The notes below the pieces were generated by a model, which made no database searches, was not told where the DNA came from, and saw nothing but the letters and a program-made list of their open reading frames with translations. A program made the position numbers and the translations under genes. A stretch of DNA of 64,000 bases from Escherichia coli. Lineage in GTDB: Bacteria; Pseudomonadota; Gammaproteobacteria; Enterobacterales; Enterobacteriaceae. This document shows positions 36,401-45,225 of this stretch, piece by piece. The stretch lies in the NCBI RefSeq assembly GCF_044647545.1, contig NZ_CP172818.1; one strand, 5' to 3'. Every line of letters starts with the position of its first letter. The stretch's first letter is position 1.

Positions 36401-37269
36401 ATGAAACCTTAAAACCGTTTGTGCGTGATGCTTCCGGCAGCCGCCTGAAAGACTTGCCTAAACCGAACAAAAGCGATGATGAAACCCAAGCGAACGATGC
36501 AGTTAACCGCTACAAACTGTTGAAAAAAGATGCGCGTACCGTTGCCGCCCAGCAGGTAGCAAGGCTGGAATCCGCCATGTGCCTACGCCGCCACTGGTCG
36601 CCGGAAAACTTCCAGCTATTCCTGGTTGAGCATCCGCTGGTTCGCCACTTAACCCGCCGTCTGATTTGGGGCGTTTATAGCACCGAAAACGAGCTACTGG
36701 CCTGTTTCCGGGTGGCAGAAGATAACAGCTACAGCACCGCTGACGATGATCTTTTCACCCTGCCGGAAGGCGATATCTCTATTGGTATTCCTCACGTTCT
36801 GGAAATATCACCGACGGATGCCGCCGCCTTTGGTCAGCTTTTTGCCGACTACGAACTTTTACCGCCGTTCCGTCAGCTCGACCGCAACAGTTATGCCCTG
36901 ACTGAAGTCGAACGCAACGCCAGCGAACTAACCCGCTGGGCAGGCAGAAAATGCCCGAGCGGTCGGGTTATGGGGCTGTCGAATAAAGGCTGGGTGCGTG
37001 GTGAACCGCAGGACGGTGGCTGGATCGGCTGGATGATCAAACCTCTGGGCCGCTGGTCATTAATCATGGAAATCGATGAAGGATTTGCAGTTGGTATGTC
37101 GCCAGCCGAACTCAGTGCCGAGCAACTCTTAAGCAAGCTGTGGCTATGGGAAGGCAAAGCAGAAAGCTATGGCTGGGGGAGTCATTCAACACAGGAAGCG
37201 CAGTTCTCCGCACTCGATGACATCACCGCCAGCGAGTTGATTAACGATATTGAAGCCCTGTTTGAATAA
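33481..37269 (+). CDS. molR: Giant WGR-domain + DUF4132 protein MolR (intact form of the K-12 molR/yehG-yehH pseudogene)
   Basis: 1262 aa single ORF; N-terminal WGR-like segment (HKFWAVEQQGNELHICWGKVGTKGQ); remainder collinear with yehI. Confidence 0.85.
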   Translation: MKHFIYQDEKSHKFWAVEQQGNELHICWGKVGTKGQNQVKSFADAAAAEKAELKLIAEKVKKGYVEQAKDNSLQPSQTVTDSLKVADLSTIIQEQPSFVAETRAADKNTDVILPWLAKDIAVVFPLEVVPTTLSHRRFPGDPVTPVDKLTQLRRLACGVSQRDNKTATFDFSACTLEWQNFIAQAIDLINSPKTTKLPSPVMAVLAALELHCTRYKEREDVMDQIIQEGGLEYATDVIIHLQQISIEWDYVNNNIVFLSSGISPDYLQQYSSFELRLRKHLSLAEESLWQKCAQKLIAAVPHIPEWRQPLIALLLPEKPEIAHEIAQRLLGQKKLPSLEWLKIVATDEHILASLEKYHEPYAIFDDYYCGAIWSATVLQEQGVAALPRFAPYVASDYCADVLSHINHPFALTLLIRVAGHTKRCHDRMTKACAAFPHAALAALAELLVQKEENSWRIMLMTMLISQPTLAEQVIPWLSTPAVAVLKSCQQQLKQPSNHASADLLPAIVVSPPWLSKKKKSPIPVLDLAPLNLESICTITDTEAKEFQTHWDWEPHKPGEGAKDFLYSLGYRRWDFDTYKYIGASDSAIDAWEREDFATLIQMFKAHHAPYQGEWHLNSLPFLPMQKAIKLWEFLSKEPHTAVKPVMLYLRLAGMSGFLHSFSRYPQEGFAVANYFAATELAPAVARAFNKLKTLRQDARTWLLKYPEHAITGLLPAALGKAGESQDNARAALRMLIENGYPSLLQEIAQRYNQPEVTDAVNALLALDPLDNHPTKIPTLPAFYQPSLWTRPVLKANAQSLPDSALFHLGEMLRFPQEDTLYPGLLQVKDACTADSLAEFAWDLFTAWQTAGVPSKESWAFTALGVLGNGDTARKLTPLIRAWPGESQHKRATVGLDILAAIGSDIALMQLNGIAQKLKFKALQERAKEKIADIAESRELTVAELEDRLAPDLGLDDNGSLLLDFGPRQFTVSFDETLKPFVRDASGSRLKDLPKPNKSDDETQANDAVNRYKLLKKDARTVAAQQVARLESAMCLRRHWSPENFQLFLVEHPLVRHLTRRLIWGVYSTENELLACFRVAEDNSYSTADDDLFTLPEGDISIGIPHVLEISPTDAAAFGQLFADYELLPPFRQLDRNSYALTEVERNASELTRWAGRKCPSGRVMGLSNKGWVRGEPQDGGWIGWMIKPLGRWSLIMEIDEGFAVGMSPAELSAEQLLSKLWLWEGKAESYGWGSHSTQEAQFSALDDITASELINDIEALFE

Positions 37270-37278
37270 GGAAAGAAC

Positions 37279-40200
37279 ATGGACAAGGAATTACCGTGGC
37301 TGGCGGATAACGCCCAACTGGAACTGAAATATAAAAAAGGCAAAACACCACTCAGCCATCGCAATTGGCCGGGCGAACCGGTGCCTGTTATCACTGAAAA
37401 CCTCATCCAGACACTGGGTGATAAATTGCTACACATTGCTGAGAAGAAAAAAAACATTGTCTGGCGTTATGAAAATTTTTCACTGGAATGGCAGTCCGCC
37501 ATCACGCAGGCCATCAACTTGATCGGCGAGCACAAACCCTCAATTCCGGCCCGGACAATGGCGGCGCTAGCCTGTATCGCGCAAAATGATAGCCAACAGT
37601 TACTCGACGAAATCGTCCAACAAGAGGGACTGGAATATGCGACTGAAGTGGTGATTGCACGCCAGTTTATTGTACGGTGTTATGAGAGTGATCCTCTGGT
37701 AGTAACATTGCAGTATCAGAAGGAGGACTATGGCTATGGCTATGGCTATGGTTATCGCTCAGAAACCTATAACGAATTCGATCTCCGACTGCGTAAGCAT
37801 CTCTCTCTGGCAGAGGAAAGCTGCTGGCAGCGTTGCGCCGACAAACTCATTGCCGCACTGCCAGGACTACCCCAAGTTCGCCGTCCTTTTATTGCACTCA
37901 TCCTCCCGGAAAAACCAGAAATCGCCAATGAGTTGGTAGGCCTTGAATGCCCGTGGACTCATTTTCATTCTAAGGAGTGGTTAAAAGTTGTTGCTACTGA
38001 CCACAGGGCAGTGGGAAAACTCGAACGCTACTGGAGCCAGGATATATTTAGCGATCGCGAAGCCAGCTACATGTCGCATGAAAACCACTTCGGCTACGCG
38101 GCCTGCGCCGCCCTTTTGCGCGAACAAGGAATTGCAGCCGTTCCACGCCTCGCGATGTATGCCCATAAAGAAGATTGCGGTAGCCTGCTGGTAAAAATTA
38201 ACCATCCGCAGGTCATCCGCACCCTGCTGTTAGTTGCTGATAAAAACAAACCCAGCCTGCAACGTGTGGCTAAATACAGTAAAAACTTCCCCCATGCGAC
38301 GCTTGCCGCACTGGCAGAGCTTCTGGCGTTAAAAGAACCGCCTGCACGCCCTGGTTATCCAATCATCGAAGACAAAAAGCTGCCTGCACAGCAAAAAGCT
38401 CGAGATGAATACTGGCGTACGCTGTTACAAACGCTGATGGCATCGCAGCCACAACTGGCAGAAGAGGTGATGCCGTGGTTAAGTACTCAAGCCCAGGCAG
38501 TGCTGGATAGTTATTTATCGGCACCGCCCAAAACGGTTATTGATAGCACCGATAACATCCAAATGCCTGAAATCCTCGTTTCACCACCGTGGCGTAGTAA
38601 GAAAAAAATGACAGTTCCACGTCTTGATTTGGCACCGTTCGAATTAACGCCGCAAGTTTACTGGCAACCAGGCGAACGAGAGAGGCTTGCCGCCACTGAG
38701 TCTGCCCGTTATTTCAGCACGGAATCTCTTGCGGAACGCATGGAACAAAAAAGTGGACGAGTTGTATTACAGGAGCTGGGTTTTGGAGATGATGTATGGC
38801 TGTTTTTGAATTATATACTCCCCGGAAAACTGGATGCTGCACGCAATTCACTCATTGTTCAGTGGCATTACTACCCAGGGCGGGTTGAAGAGATCATGAA
38901 TGGCTGGAGCTCCCCGGAAGCTCAATTAGCAGAACAGGCGCTTCGCAACGGTCACGTAGAAGTGTTAATTAACATATGGGAAAATGACAGCTACTCACGC
39001 TATCGTCGGGAAAAGAGTATCTGGAACCTGTATTTATTGGCGCAGTTGCCGCGTGAGATGGCTTTGACTTTCTGGCTACGTATCAATGAGAAAAAGCATC
39101 TGTCTGCGGGAGAGGACTATTTTCTCAGTATCTTCGGATTGGATGCTCTACCAGGTCTGCTGTTGGCTTTTTCACATCGTCCAAAAGAAACATTTCCATT
39201 AATTTTAAATTTCGGCGCAACAGAACTGGCCCTGCCCGTTGCCCGCGTCTGGCGACGTTTCGCGGCGCAGCGTGATCTGGCTCGCCAGTGGATTTTACAT
39301 TGGTCGGAACATACAGCTACTGCACTTATCCCTCTTGTCTTCACCAAATCCAGCGATAATAGCGAAGCTGCATTACTTGCCCTGCGTTTACTTTACGAAC
39401 AGGGACATGGCGAGTTACTGCAAACCGTGGCAAACCGCTGGCAGCGTACAGATGTATGGCCTGCCCTGGAGCAATTACTTAAACAGAGTCCAATAGAGAT
39501 TTACCCGACACGCATTCCAAAAGCCCCTGATTTCTGGCAGCCGGCAATGTGGTCCAGACCGAGACTTATCACGAATAATCAACCTGTTACTGATGATGCT
39601 CTGGAAATTATCGGCGAAATGCTGCGCTTTACCCAGGGCGGACGTTTTTATTGTGGGCTGGAACAACTGAAAACGTTCTGCCAGCCACAAACGCTGGCCG
39701 CTTTTGCCTGGGATCTCTTTACCGCGTGGCAACAAGTTGGCGCCCCCGCAAAAGACAACTGGGCATTTCTGGCGTTAAGTCTCTTCGGTGACGAAAGCAC
39801 GGCTCGGGATCTGACAACACAGATCCTCGCCTGGCCACAGGAAGGCAAATCTGCCCGTGCCGTCAGTGGCCTGAACATACTTACCCTGATGAATAATGAT
39901 ATGGCGCTGATACAGCTGCATCATATATCGCAACGGGCGAAATCCCGTCCCTTACGTGATAACGCGGCGGAATTTCTTCAGGTGGTCGCAGAAAATCGTG
40001 GACTAAGCCAGGAAGAGTTAGCGGACAGATTAGTCCCAACACTGGGCCTGGATGATCCGCAGGCGTTGATATTTGATTTTGGTCCCCGGCAGTTTACCGT
40101 TCGCTTCGATGAAAACCTCAACCCGGTTATCTTTGATCAGCAAAACGTTCGCCAGAAAAGCATTCCCCGGTTGCGCGCCGATGACGATCAGCTGAAAGCG

Positions 40201-40923
40201 CCCGAGGCTCTGGCCCGACTTAAAGGGCTAAAAAAAGATGCCACTCAGGTGAGCAAAAACCTGCTCCCGCGTCTTGAAACAGCCCTACGCACCACCCGAC
40301 GCTGGTCGCTGGCAGATTTTCATTCTCTGTTTGTTAATCATCCCTTTACCCGTCTGGTTACCCAGCGATTAATATGGGCGGTTTATCCAGCAAATGAACC
40401 GCGTCGTTTACTCAACGCCTTTCGTGTGGCCGCAGAGGGGGAATTCTGCAACGCACAAGATGAGCCAATTGACCTGCCTGCCGATGCCCTGATTGGCATT
40501 GCCCACCCGTTAGAAATGACAGCAGAAATGCGCAGTGAATTTGCACAGCTTTTTGCCGATTACGAAATTATGCCGCCTTTTCGCCAGTTGACGCGGCGCA
40601 CAGTGCTGCTCACGCCTGACGAGTCAGCCAGTAATAGTTTGAATCGCTGGGAAGGTAAATCTGCTACCGTTGGGCAACTTATGGGAATGCGATACAAAGG
40701 CTGGGAGTCAGGCTATGAGAACGCATTTGTCTATGACCTGGGCGAGTACCGGCTGGTCCTTAAGTTTTCATCCGGTTTTAACCACTACAATGTTGATAGC
40801 AAAGCGCTAATGAGCTTCCGTTCTCTTCATGTATACCGTGACAATAAATCTGTCACTTTTGCCGAACTTGATGTGTTTGATTTGAGTGAAGCGTTAAGCG
40901 CACCCGACGTCATTTTCCATTAA
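37279..40923 (+). CDS. yehI: Giant DUF4132 protein YehI, tandem paralog of MolR lacking the WGR domain
   Basis: 1214 aa; long collinear similarity to MolR (DLRLRKHLSLAEES.WQ.CA.KLIAA.P ... FPHA.LAALAELL ... FGPRQFTV.FDE); internal GYGYGYGY repeat. Confidence 0.85.
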   Translation: MDKELPWLADNAQLELKYKKGKTPLSHRNWPGEPVPVITENLIQTLGDKLLHIAEKKKNIVWRYENFSLEWQSAITQAINLIGEHKPSIPARTMAALACIAQNDSQQLLDEIVQQEGLEYATEVVIARQFIVRCYESDPLVVTLQYQKEDYGYGYGYGYRSETYNEFDLRLRKHLSLAEESCWQRCADKLIAALPGLPQVRRPFIALILPEKPEIANELVGLECPWTHFHSKEWLKVVATDHRAVGKLERYWSQDIFSDREASYMSHENHFGYAACAALLREQGIAAVPRLAMYAHKEDCGSLLVKINHPQVIRTLLLVADKNKPSLQRVAKYSKNFPHATLAALAELLALKEPPARPGYPIIEDKKLPAQQKARDEYWRTLLQTLMASQPQLAEEVMPWLSTQAQAVLDSYLSAPPKTVIDSTDNIQMPEILVSPPWRSKKKMTVPRLDLAPFELTPQVYWQPGERERLAATESARYFSTESLAERMEQKSGRVVLQELGFGDDVWLFLNYILPGKLDAARNSLIVQWHYYPGRVEEIMNGWSSPEAQLAEQALRNGHVEVLINIWENDSYSRYRREKSIWNLYLLAQLPREMALTFWLRINEKKHLSAGEDYFLSIFGLDALPGLLLAFSHRPKETFPLILNFGATELALPVARVWRRFAAQRDLARQWILHWSEHTATALIPLVFTKSSDNSEAALLALRLLYEQGHGELLQTVANRWQRTDVWPALEQLLKQSPIEIYPTRIPKAPDFWQPAMWSRPRLITNNQPVTDDALEIIGEMLRFTQGGRFYCGLEQLKTFCQPQTLAAFAWDLFTAWQQVGAPAKDNWAFLALSLFGDESTARDLTTQILAWPQEGKSARAVSGLNILTLMNNDMALIQLHHISQRAKSRPLRDNAAEFLQVVAENRGLSQEELADRLVPTLGLDDPQALIFDFGPRQFTVRFDENLNPVIFDQQNVRQKSIPRLRADDDQLKAPEALARLKGLKKDATQVSKNLLPRLETALRTTRRWSLADFHSLFVNHPFTRLVTQRLIWAVYPANEPRRLLNAFRVAAEGEFCNAQDEPIDLPADALIGIAHPLEMTAEMRSEFAQLFADYEIMPPFRQLTRRTVLLTPDESASNSLNRWEGKSATVGQLMGMRYKGWESGYENAFVYDLGEYRLVLKFSSGFNHYNVDSKALMSFRSLHVYRDNKSVTFAELDVFDLSEALSAPDVIFH

Positions 40924-40983
40924 AACACAGCGGGCAGTGATGCGACTGCCCGTTATTAACACGACCTGCCACCGGGGGAAGCG

Positions 40984-41304
40984 ATGATCGTGCAAAAAGA
41001 GCTGGTCACTATTTACGATTATGAGGCCCCTGTACCTGAAGAGCCGTTTTCCTTCAGACTTGAGATCCATAAATGCTCTGAATTATTTACAGGTTCCATC
41101 TACCGGCTGGAGCGATTCCGGCTACATCCAACATTTCATCAACGTGATCGAGAGGATATCGACCCGCTAATAAATGATGCGTTGATTTATATAAGAGATG
41201 AGTTTATTGATGAGCGAAAATTACGGGGCGAATCACCAGAAACGGTAATAGCCATTTTTAATCGTGAACTACAGAATATATTCAACCAAGAAATAGAAAA
41301 ATAG
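40984..41304 (+). CDS. yehK: Small uncharacterized protein YehK
   Basis: 106 aa; no recognisable domain; AT-rich codon usage unlike neighbours; hairpin terminator immediately downstream (~41309-41336). Confidence 0.7.
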   Translation: MIVQKELVTIYDYEAPVPEEPFSFRLEIHKCSELFTGSIYRLERFRLHPTFHQRDREDIDPLINDALIYIRDEFIDERKLRGESPETVIAIFNRELQNIFNQEIEK

Positions 41305-41469
41305 CTTTATTAAAGGGGGAAACGGTATTCCCCTTTAGATGTGTTTTATTTTCCCGTTACTCAAAAAAATAAATAAACCGAAAAAAAGCCACTAATAGCT
41401 CCAGTACGGAAATAAGCAGGGTTAATTTTTTGTCAGTGTGTCCATCCCTTCTCTTTATAAAGGAGGGCA

Positions 41470-41560
41470 ACACCACTTTTTACCTACCCCCCCCTTTATT
41501 TTTTTTATTCGAACCATTTCCCCCCCGAAGGCCCCCCCCCCCCCCCCCCAACCCTTGAAA
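41470..41560. other. Anomalous low-complexity stretch with poly-C (17 nt), poly-T and C-rich runs; probable sequencing/assembly artefact
   Basis: Direct reading: ...tacctacccccccctttattttttttattcgaaccatttcccccccgaaggcccccccccccccccccaaccc...; same character as the 3856-4550 anomaly. Confidence 0.55.
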
Positions 41561-41704
41561 TGGGTTCGATCCGGCGCAACGTCCCAACAGTCAGGATTAT
41601 AAATCTCATTATCTTAATTGCAACGGGGTCCACCGATGGTTATAATTCGTTCGTTGGAACACGATGTTGCACAGGCCGTGGTGTTAGGCCTGAAAGTAGT
41701 AAAT

Positions 41705-41738
41705 AAAAGAACCTGCCTCACCAGCAGGTTTTTTTATT
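41705..41738 (+). terminator. Rho-independent terminator-like hairpin upstream of yehL
   Basis: AACCTGC-CTCACCA-GCAGGTT followed by T7; ~110 bp upstream of yehL start. Confidence 0.55.
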
Positions 41739-41846
41739 TACTGTGATCTGTTTCCCAGATATTTTCCGCTCAAACAACTAATGCGCCAAACATTTATTGC
41801 GCGTAAAATATCGTTTATTTCATTAATACATTTCAGGGATGAATAT

Positions 41847-42935
41847 ATGTCACCGCAGAATAATCATCTGCAGCGTCCGCCTGTCGCTGTGTTATACGCC
41901 GATGAACTGGCAAAATTAAAACAAAATGATCACGCACCTTGCCCGCCCGGTTGGCAGTTAAGTTTGCCTGCGGCCCGTGCTTTTATCCTTGGCGATAGCG
42001 CGCAAAATATTAGCCGTAAAGTGGTGATTAGTCCCTCCGCTGTCGAACGCATGTTAGTCACTCTTGCCACCGGGCGCGGTTTGATGTTGGTGGGGGAACC
42101 TGGCACCGCAAAATCTCTCCTGTCTGAATTACTGGCAACCGCTATTAGCGGCGATGCCGGGTTAACCATCCAGGGCGGCGCATCTACCACTGAAGATCAA
42201 ATCAAGTACGGCTGGAACTACGCTCTGCTTATCAACCATGGTCCGTCAACGGAAGCACTGGTCCCTGCCCCGCTTTACCAGGGAATGCGCGACGGCAAAA
42301 TCGTCCGTTTTGAAGAGATAACGCGTACACCGCTGGAAGTACAAGACTGTCTGTTAGGTATGCTTTCTGACAGGGTAATGACGGTGCCGGAACTCACTGG
42401 TGAAGCCAGTCAGCTCTATGCGCGAGAAGGCTTTAATATTATTGCCACTGCCAATACCCGCGATCGCGGCGTCAATGAAATGAGCGCTGCGCTAAAGCGT
42501 CGATTCGATTTTGAAACGGTCTTTCCGATTATGGATTTCGCCCAGGAACTGGAACTGGTCGCCAGTGCTTCGGCGCGTTTATTGGCCCATAGTGGCATTC
42601 CGCATAAAGTGCCTGACGCGGTACTGGAGTTACTGGTACGCACCTTCCGCGATCTGCGTGCCAACGGCGAAAAGAAAACGTCAATGGATACACTGACAGC
42701 GATTATGTCCACCGCTGAAGCCGTGAACGTAGCCCACGCTGTGGGTGTCCGCGCCTGGTTTTTAGCGAATCGCGCAGGTGAGCCAGCCGATCTGGTGGAC
42801 TGTATTGCCGGAACCATCGTTAAAGATAACGAAGAAGATCGCGCTCGTCTGCGCCGTTACTTCGAACAGCGTGTCGCCACACATAAAGAAGCTCACTGGC
42901 AGGCTTATTATCAAGCCCGCCACCGCCTGCCGTGA
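41847..42935 (+). CDS. yehL: MoxR-family AAA+ ATPase YehL
   Basis: 362 aa from MSPQNNHLQRPP; Walker A LVGEPGTAKS; Walker B region IVRFEEITRTPLEVQDCLLGML; MoxR-like C-terminal helical region. Confidence 0.88.
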   Translation: MSPQNNHLQRPPVAVLYADELAKLKQNDHAPCPPGWQLSLPAARAFILGDSAQNISRKVVISPSAVERMLVTLATGRGLMLVGEPGTAKSLLSELLATAISGDAGLTIQGGASTTEDQIKYGWNYALLINHGPSTEALVPAPLYQGMRDGKIVRFEEITRTPLEVQDCLLGMLSDRVMTVPELTGEASQLYAREGFNIIATANTRDRGVNEMSAALKRRFDFETVFPIMDFAQELELVASASARLLAHSGIPHKVPDAVLELLVRTFRDLRANGEKKTSMDTLTAIMSTAEAVNVAHAVGVRAWFLANRAGEPADLVDCIAGTIVKDNEEDRARLRRYFEQRVATHKEAHWQAYYQARHRLP

Positions 42936-42945
42936 GGAAAGATGC

Positions 42946-45225
42946 ATGAGCGAGCCGTTAATTGTCGGCATCCGGCATCATAGCCCGGCCTGCGCCCGGC
43001 TGGTGAAATCGTTAATCGAAAGCCAGCGGCCACGATACGTGTTGATTGAAGGCCCGGCTGATTATAATGACCGGGTAGACGAACTGTTTTTAGCCCACCA
43101 GCTTCCGGTAGCTATTTACAGTTATTGCCAGTATCAGGACGGTGCAGCCCCCGGGCGTGGTGCCTGGACGCCATTTGCTGAATTTTCGCCGGAGTGGCAG
43201 GCGCTACAAGCCGCTCGTCGTATTCAGGCACAAACTTACTTCATCGATTTGCCTTGCTGGGCGCAGAGTGAAGAAGAGGACGATTCGCCTGATACGCATG
43301 AGGAAAGCCAGACCTTGCTGCTGCATGCCACCCGCATGGATAACAGCGACACCCTGTGGGATCACTTGTTCGAAGATGAAAGCCAGCAAACTGCATTACC
43401 CTCTGCACTGGCGCACTATTTTGCCCAACTGCGGGGCGACTCCCCCGGAGATGCTCTCAATCGTCAGCGCGAAGCCTTTATGGCCCGCTGGATTGCATGG
43501 GCGATGCAGCAAAATAATGGCGACGTGTTAGTTGTCTGCGGTGGCTGGCACGCTCCGGCACTGGCAAAAATGTGGCGCGAATGCCCGCAAGAAATTAACA
43601 AGCCAGAATTGCCGTCGCTGGCAGATGCCGTTACAGGTTGCTATCTCACGCCATACAGTGAAAAGCGCCTTGATGTGCTGTCAGGATACCTTTCAGGAAT
43701 GCCTGCCCCGGTCTGGCAAAACTGGTGCTGGCGGTGGGGCTTGCAGCAGGCAGGTGAACAACTACTGAAAACGGTTCTTACCCGTTTGCGCCAGCACCAC
43801 TTGCCTGCTTCAACAGCGGATATGGCTGCCGCTCATCTGCATGCGATGGCACTGGCACAGTTGCGCGGTCATACACTACCGTTACGCACTGACTGGCTGG
43901 ATGCTATAGCCGGCTCGCTGATCAAAGAAGCCCTGAACGCGCCGTTGCCGTGGAGCTATCGCGGCGTTATTCATCCCGATACCGATCCGATTCTGCTAAC
44001 GTTGATAGACACATTAGCGGGTGACGGATTCGGTAAACTTGCCCCCTCGACGCCACAGCCACCTCTGCCAAAAGATGTCACCTGCGAACTGGAACGTACC
44101 GGAATCTCTTTTCCGGCGGAGCTTACCTTAAATCGCTTTACCCCCGATGGACTGGCGCAAAGTCAGGTGTTACATCGGCTGGTAATACTGGAGATCCCAG
44201 GGGTTGTGCGCCAGCAGGGAAGTACACTGACACTTGCAGGCAACGGTGAAGAACGCTGGAAATTAACCCGCCCGCTTAGCCAACATGCGGCATTAATTGA
44301 GGCCGCCTGCTTTGGTGCCACACTCCAGGAAGCCGCACGCCATAAATTAGAAGCCGATATGCTGGACGCGGGTGGAATCGGCAGTATCACCACATGTCTT
44401 AGCCAGGCGGCGTTAGCGGGTCTGGCGTCCTTCAGTCAACAATTACTGGAGCAACTTACATTATTAATCGCCCAGGAAAATCAGTTTGCCGAAATGGGCC
44501 AGGCGCTGGAAGTGCTATACGCCTTATGGCGGCTGGATGAAATTAGCGGTATGCAAGGCGCGCAGATATTACAGACGACGTTATGCGCAGCTATCGATCG
44601 CACACTCTGGCTGTGTGAATCCAACGGCAGACCGGATGAAAAGGAGTTTCACGCTCACCTGCATAGCTGGCAAGCGCTTTGCCATATCCTGCGCGATCTA
44701 CATAGCGGCGTTAATTTACCCGGCGTTTCGCTTTCTGCGGCGGTAGCCTTACTGGAGCGCCGCAGTCAGGCGATTCATGCCCCGGCGCTGGATCGCGGCG
44801 CGGCTCTTGGCGCACTAATGCGTCTGGAACATCCCAACGCCAGTGCCGAAGCGGCGCTGACGATGCTGGCGCAGTTATCCCCGGCACAATCCGGCGAGGC
44901 GCTGCACGGTTTGCTGGCATTAGCCCGTCATCAACTGGCCTGTCAGCCGGCATTTATCGCCGGTTTCAGTAGTCATTTAAATCAACTGAGTGACGACGAT
45001 TTTATTAACGCCCTGCCCGATTTACGCGCGGCGATGGCCTGGCTACCACCACGAGAACGCGGGACGCTGGCGCATCAGGTGCTTGAGCATTACCAGCTCG
45101 CACAGCTTCCCATTTCAGCGCTGCAAATGCCGTTGCATTGTCCACCGCAAGCCATTGCACATCATCAACAACTCGAACAGCAGGCACTGGCATCGCTGCA
45201 ACACTGGGGAGTTTTCCATGTCTGA
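42946..45225 (+). CDS. yehM: Large uncharacterized protein YehM
   Basis: 759 aa from MSEPLIVGIRHHSPA (ATG at 42946, 10 bp after yehL stop); no domain I can assign; stop overlaps yehP start. Confidence 0.8.
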   Translation: MSEPLIVGIRHHSPACARLVKSLIESQRPRYVLIEGPADYNDRVDELFLAHQLPVAIYSYCQYQDGAAPGRGAWTPFAEFSPEWQALQAARRIQAQTYFIDLPCWAQSEEEDDSPDTHEESQTLLLHATRMDNSDTLWDHLFEDESQQTALPSALAHYFAQLRGDSPGDALNRQREAFMARWIAWAMQQNNGDVLVVCGGWHAPALAKMWRECPQEINKPELPSLADAVTGCYLTPYSEKRLDVLSGYLSGMPAPVWQNWCWRWGLQQAGEQLLKTVLTRLRQHHLPASTADMAAAHLHAMALAQLRGHTLPLRTDWLDAIAGSLIKEALNAPLPWSYRGVIHPDTDPILLTLIDTLAGDGFGKLAPSTPQPPLPKDVTCELERTGISFPAELTLNRFTPDGLAQSQVLHRLVILEIPGVVRQQGSTLTLAGNGEERWKLTRPLSQHAALIEAACFGATLQEAARHKLEADMLDAGGIGSITTCLSQAALAGLASFSQQLLEQLTLLIAQENQFAEMGQALEVLYALWRLDEISGMQGAQILQTTLCAAIDRTLWLCESNGRPDEKEFHAHLHSWQALCHILRDLHSGVNLPGVSLSAAVALLERRSQAIHAPALDRGAALGALMRLEHPNASAEAALTMLAQLSPAQSGEALHGLLALARHQLACQPAFIAGFSSHLNQLSDDDFINALPDLRAAMAWLPPRERGTLAHQVLEHYQLAQLPISALQMPLHCPPQAIAHHQQLEQQALASLQHWGVFHV

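Noticed and set aside
41560-41600. tRNA-like T-arm motif (GGGTTCGATCC) in the yehK-yehL spacer
   Set aside because: Only an isolated T-loop-like 11-mer; I could not fold flanking sequence into acceptor, D or anticodon arms, and it borders the artefactual poly-C tract.
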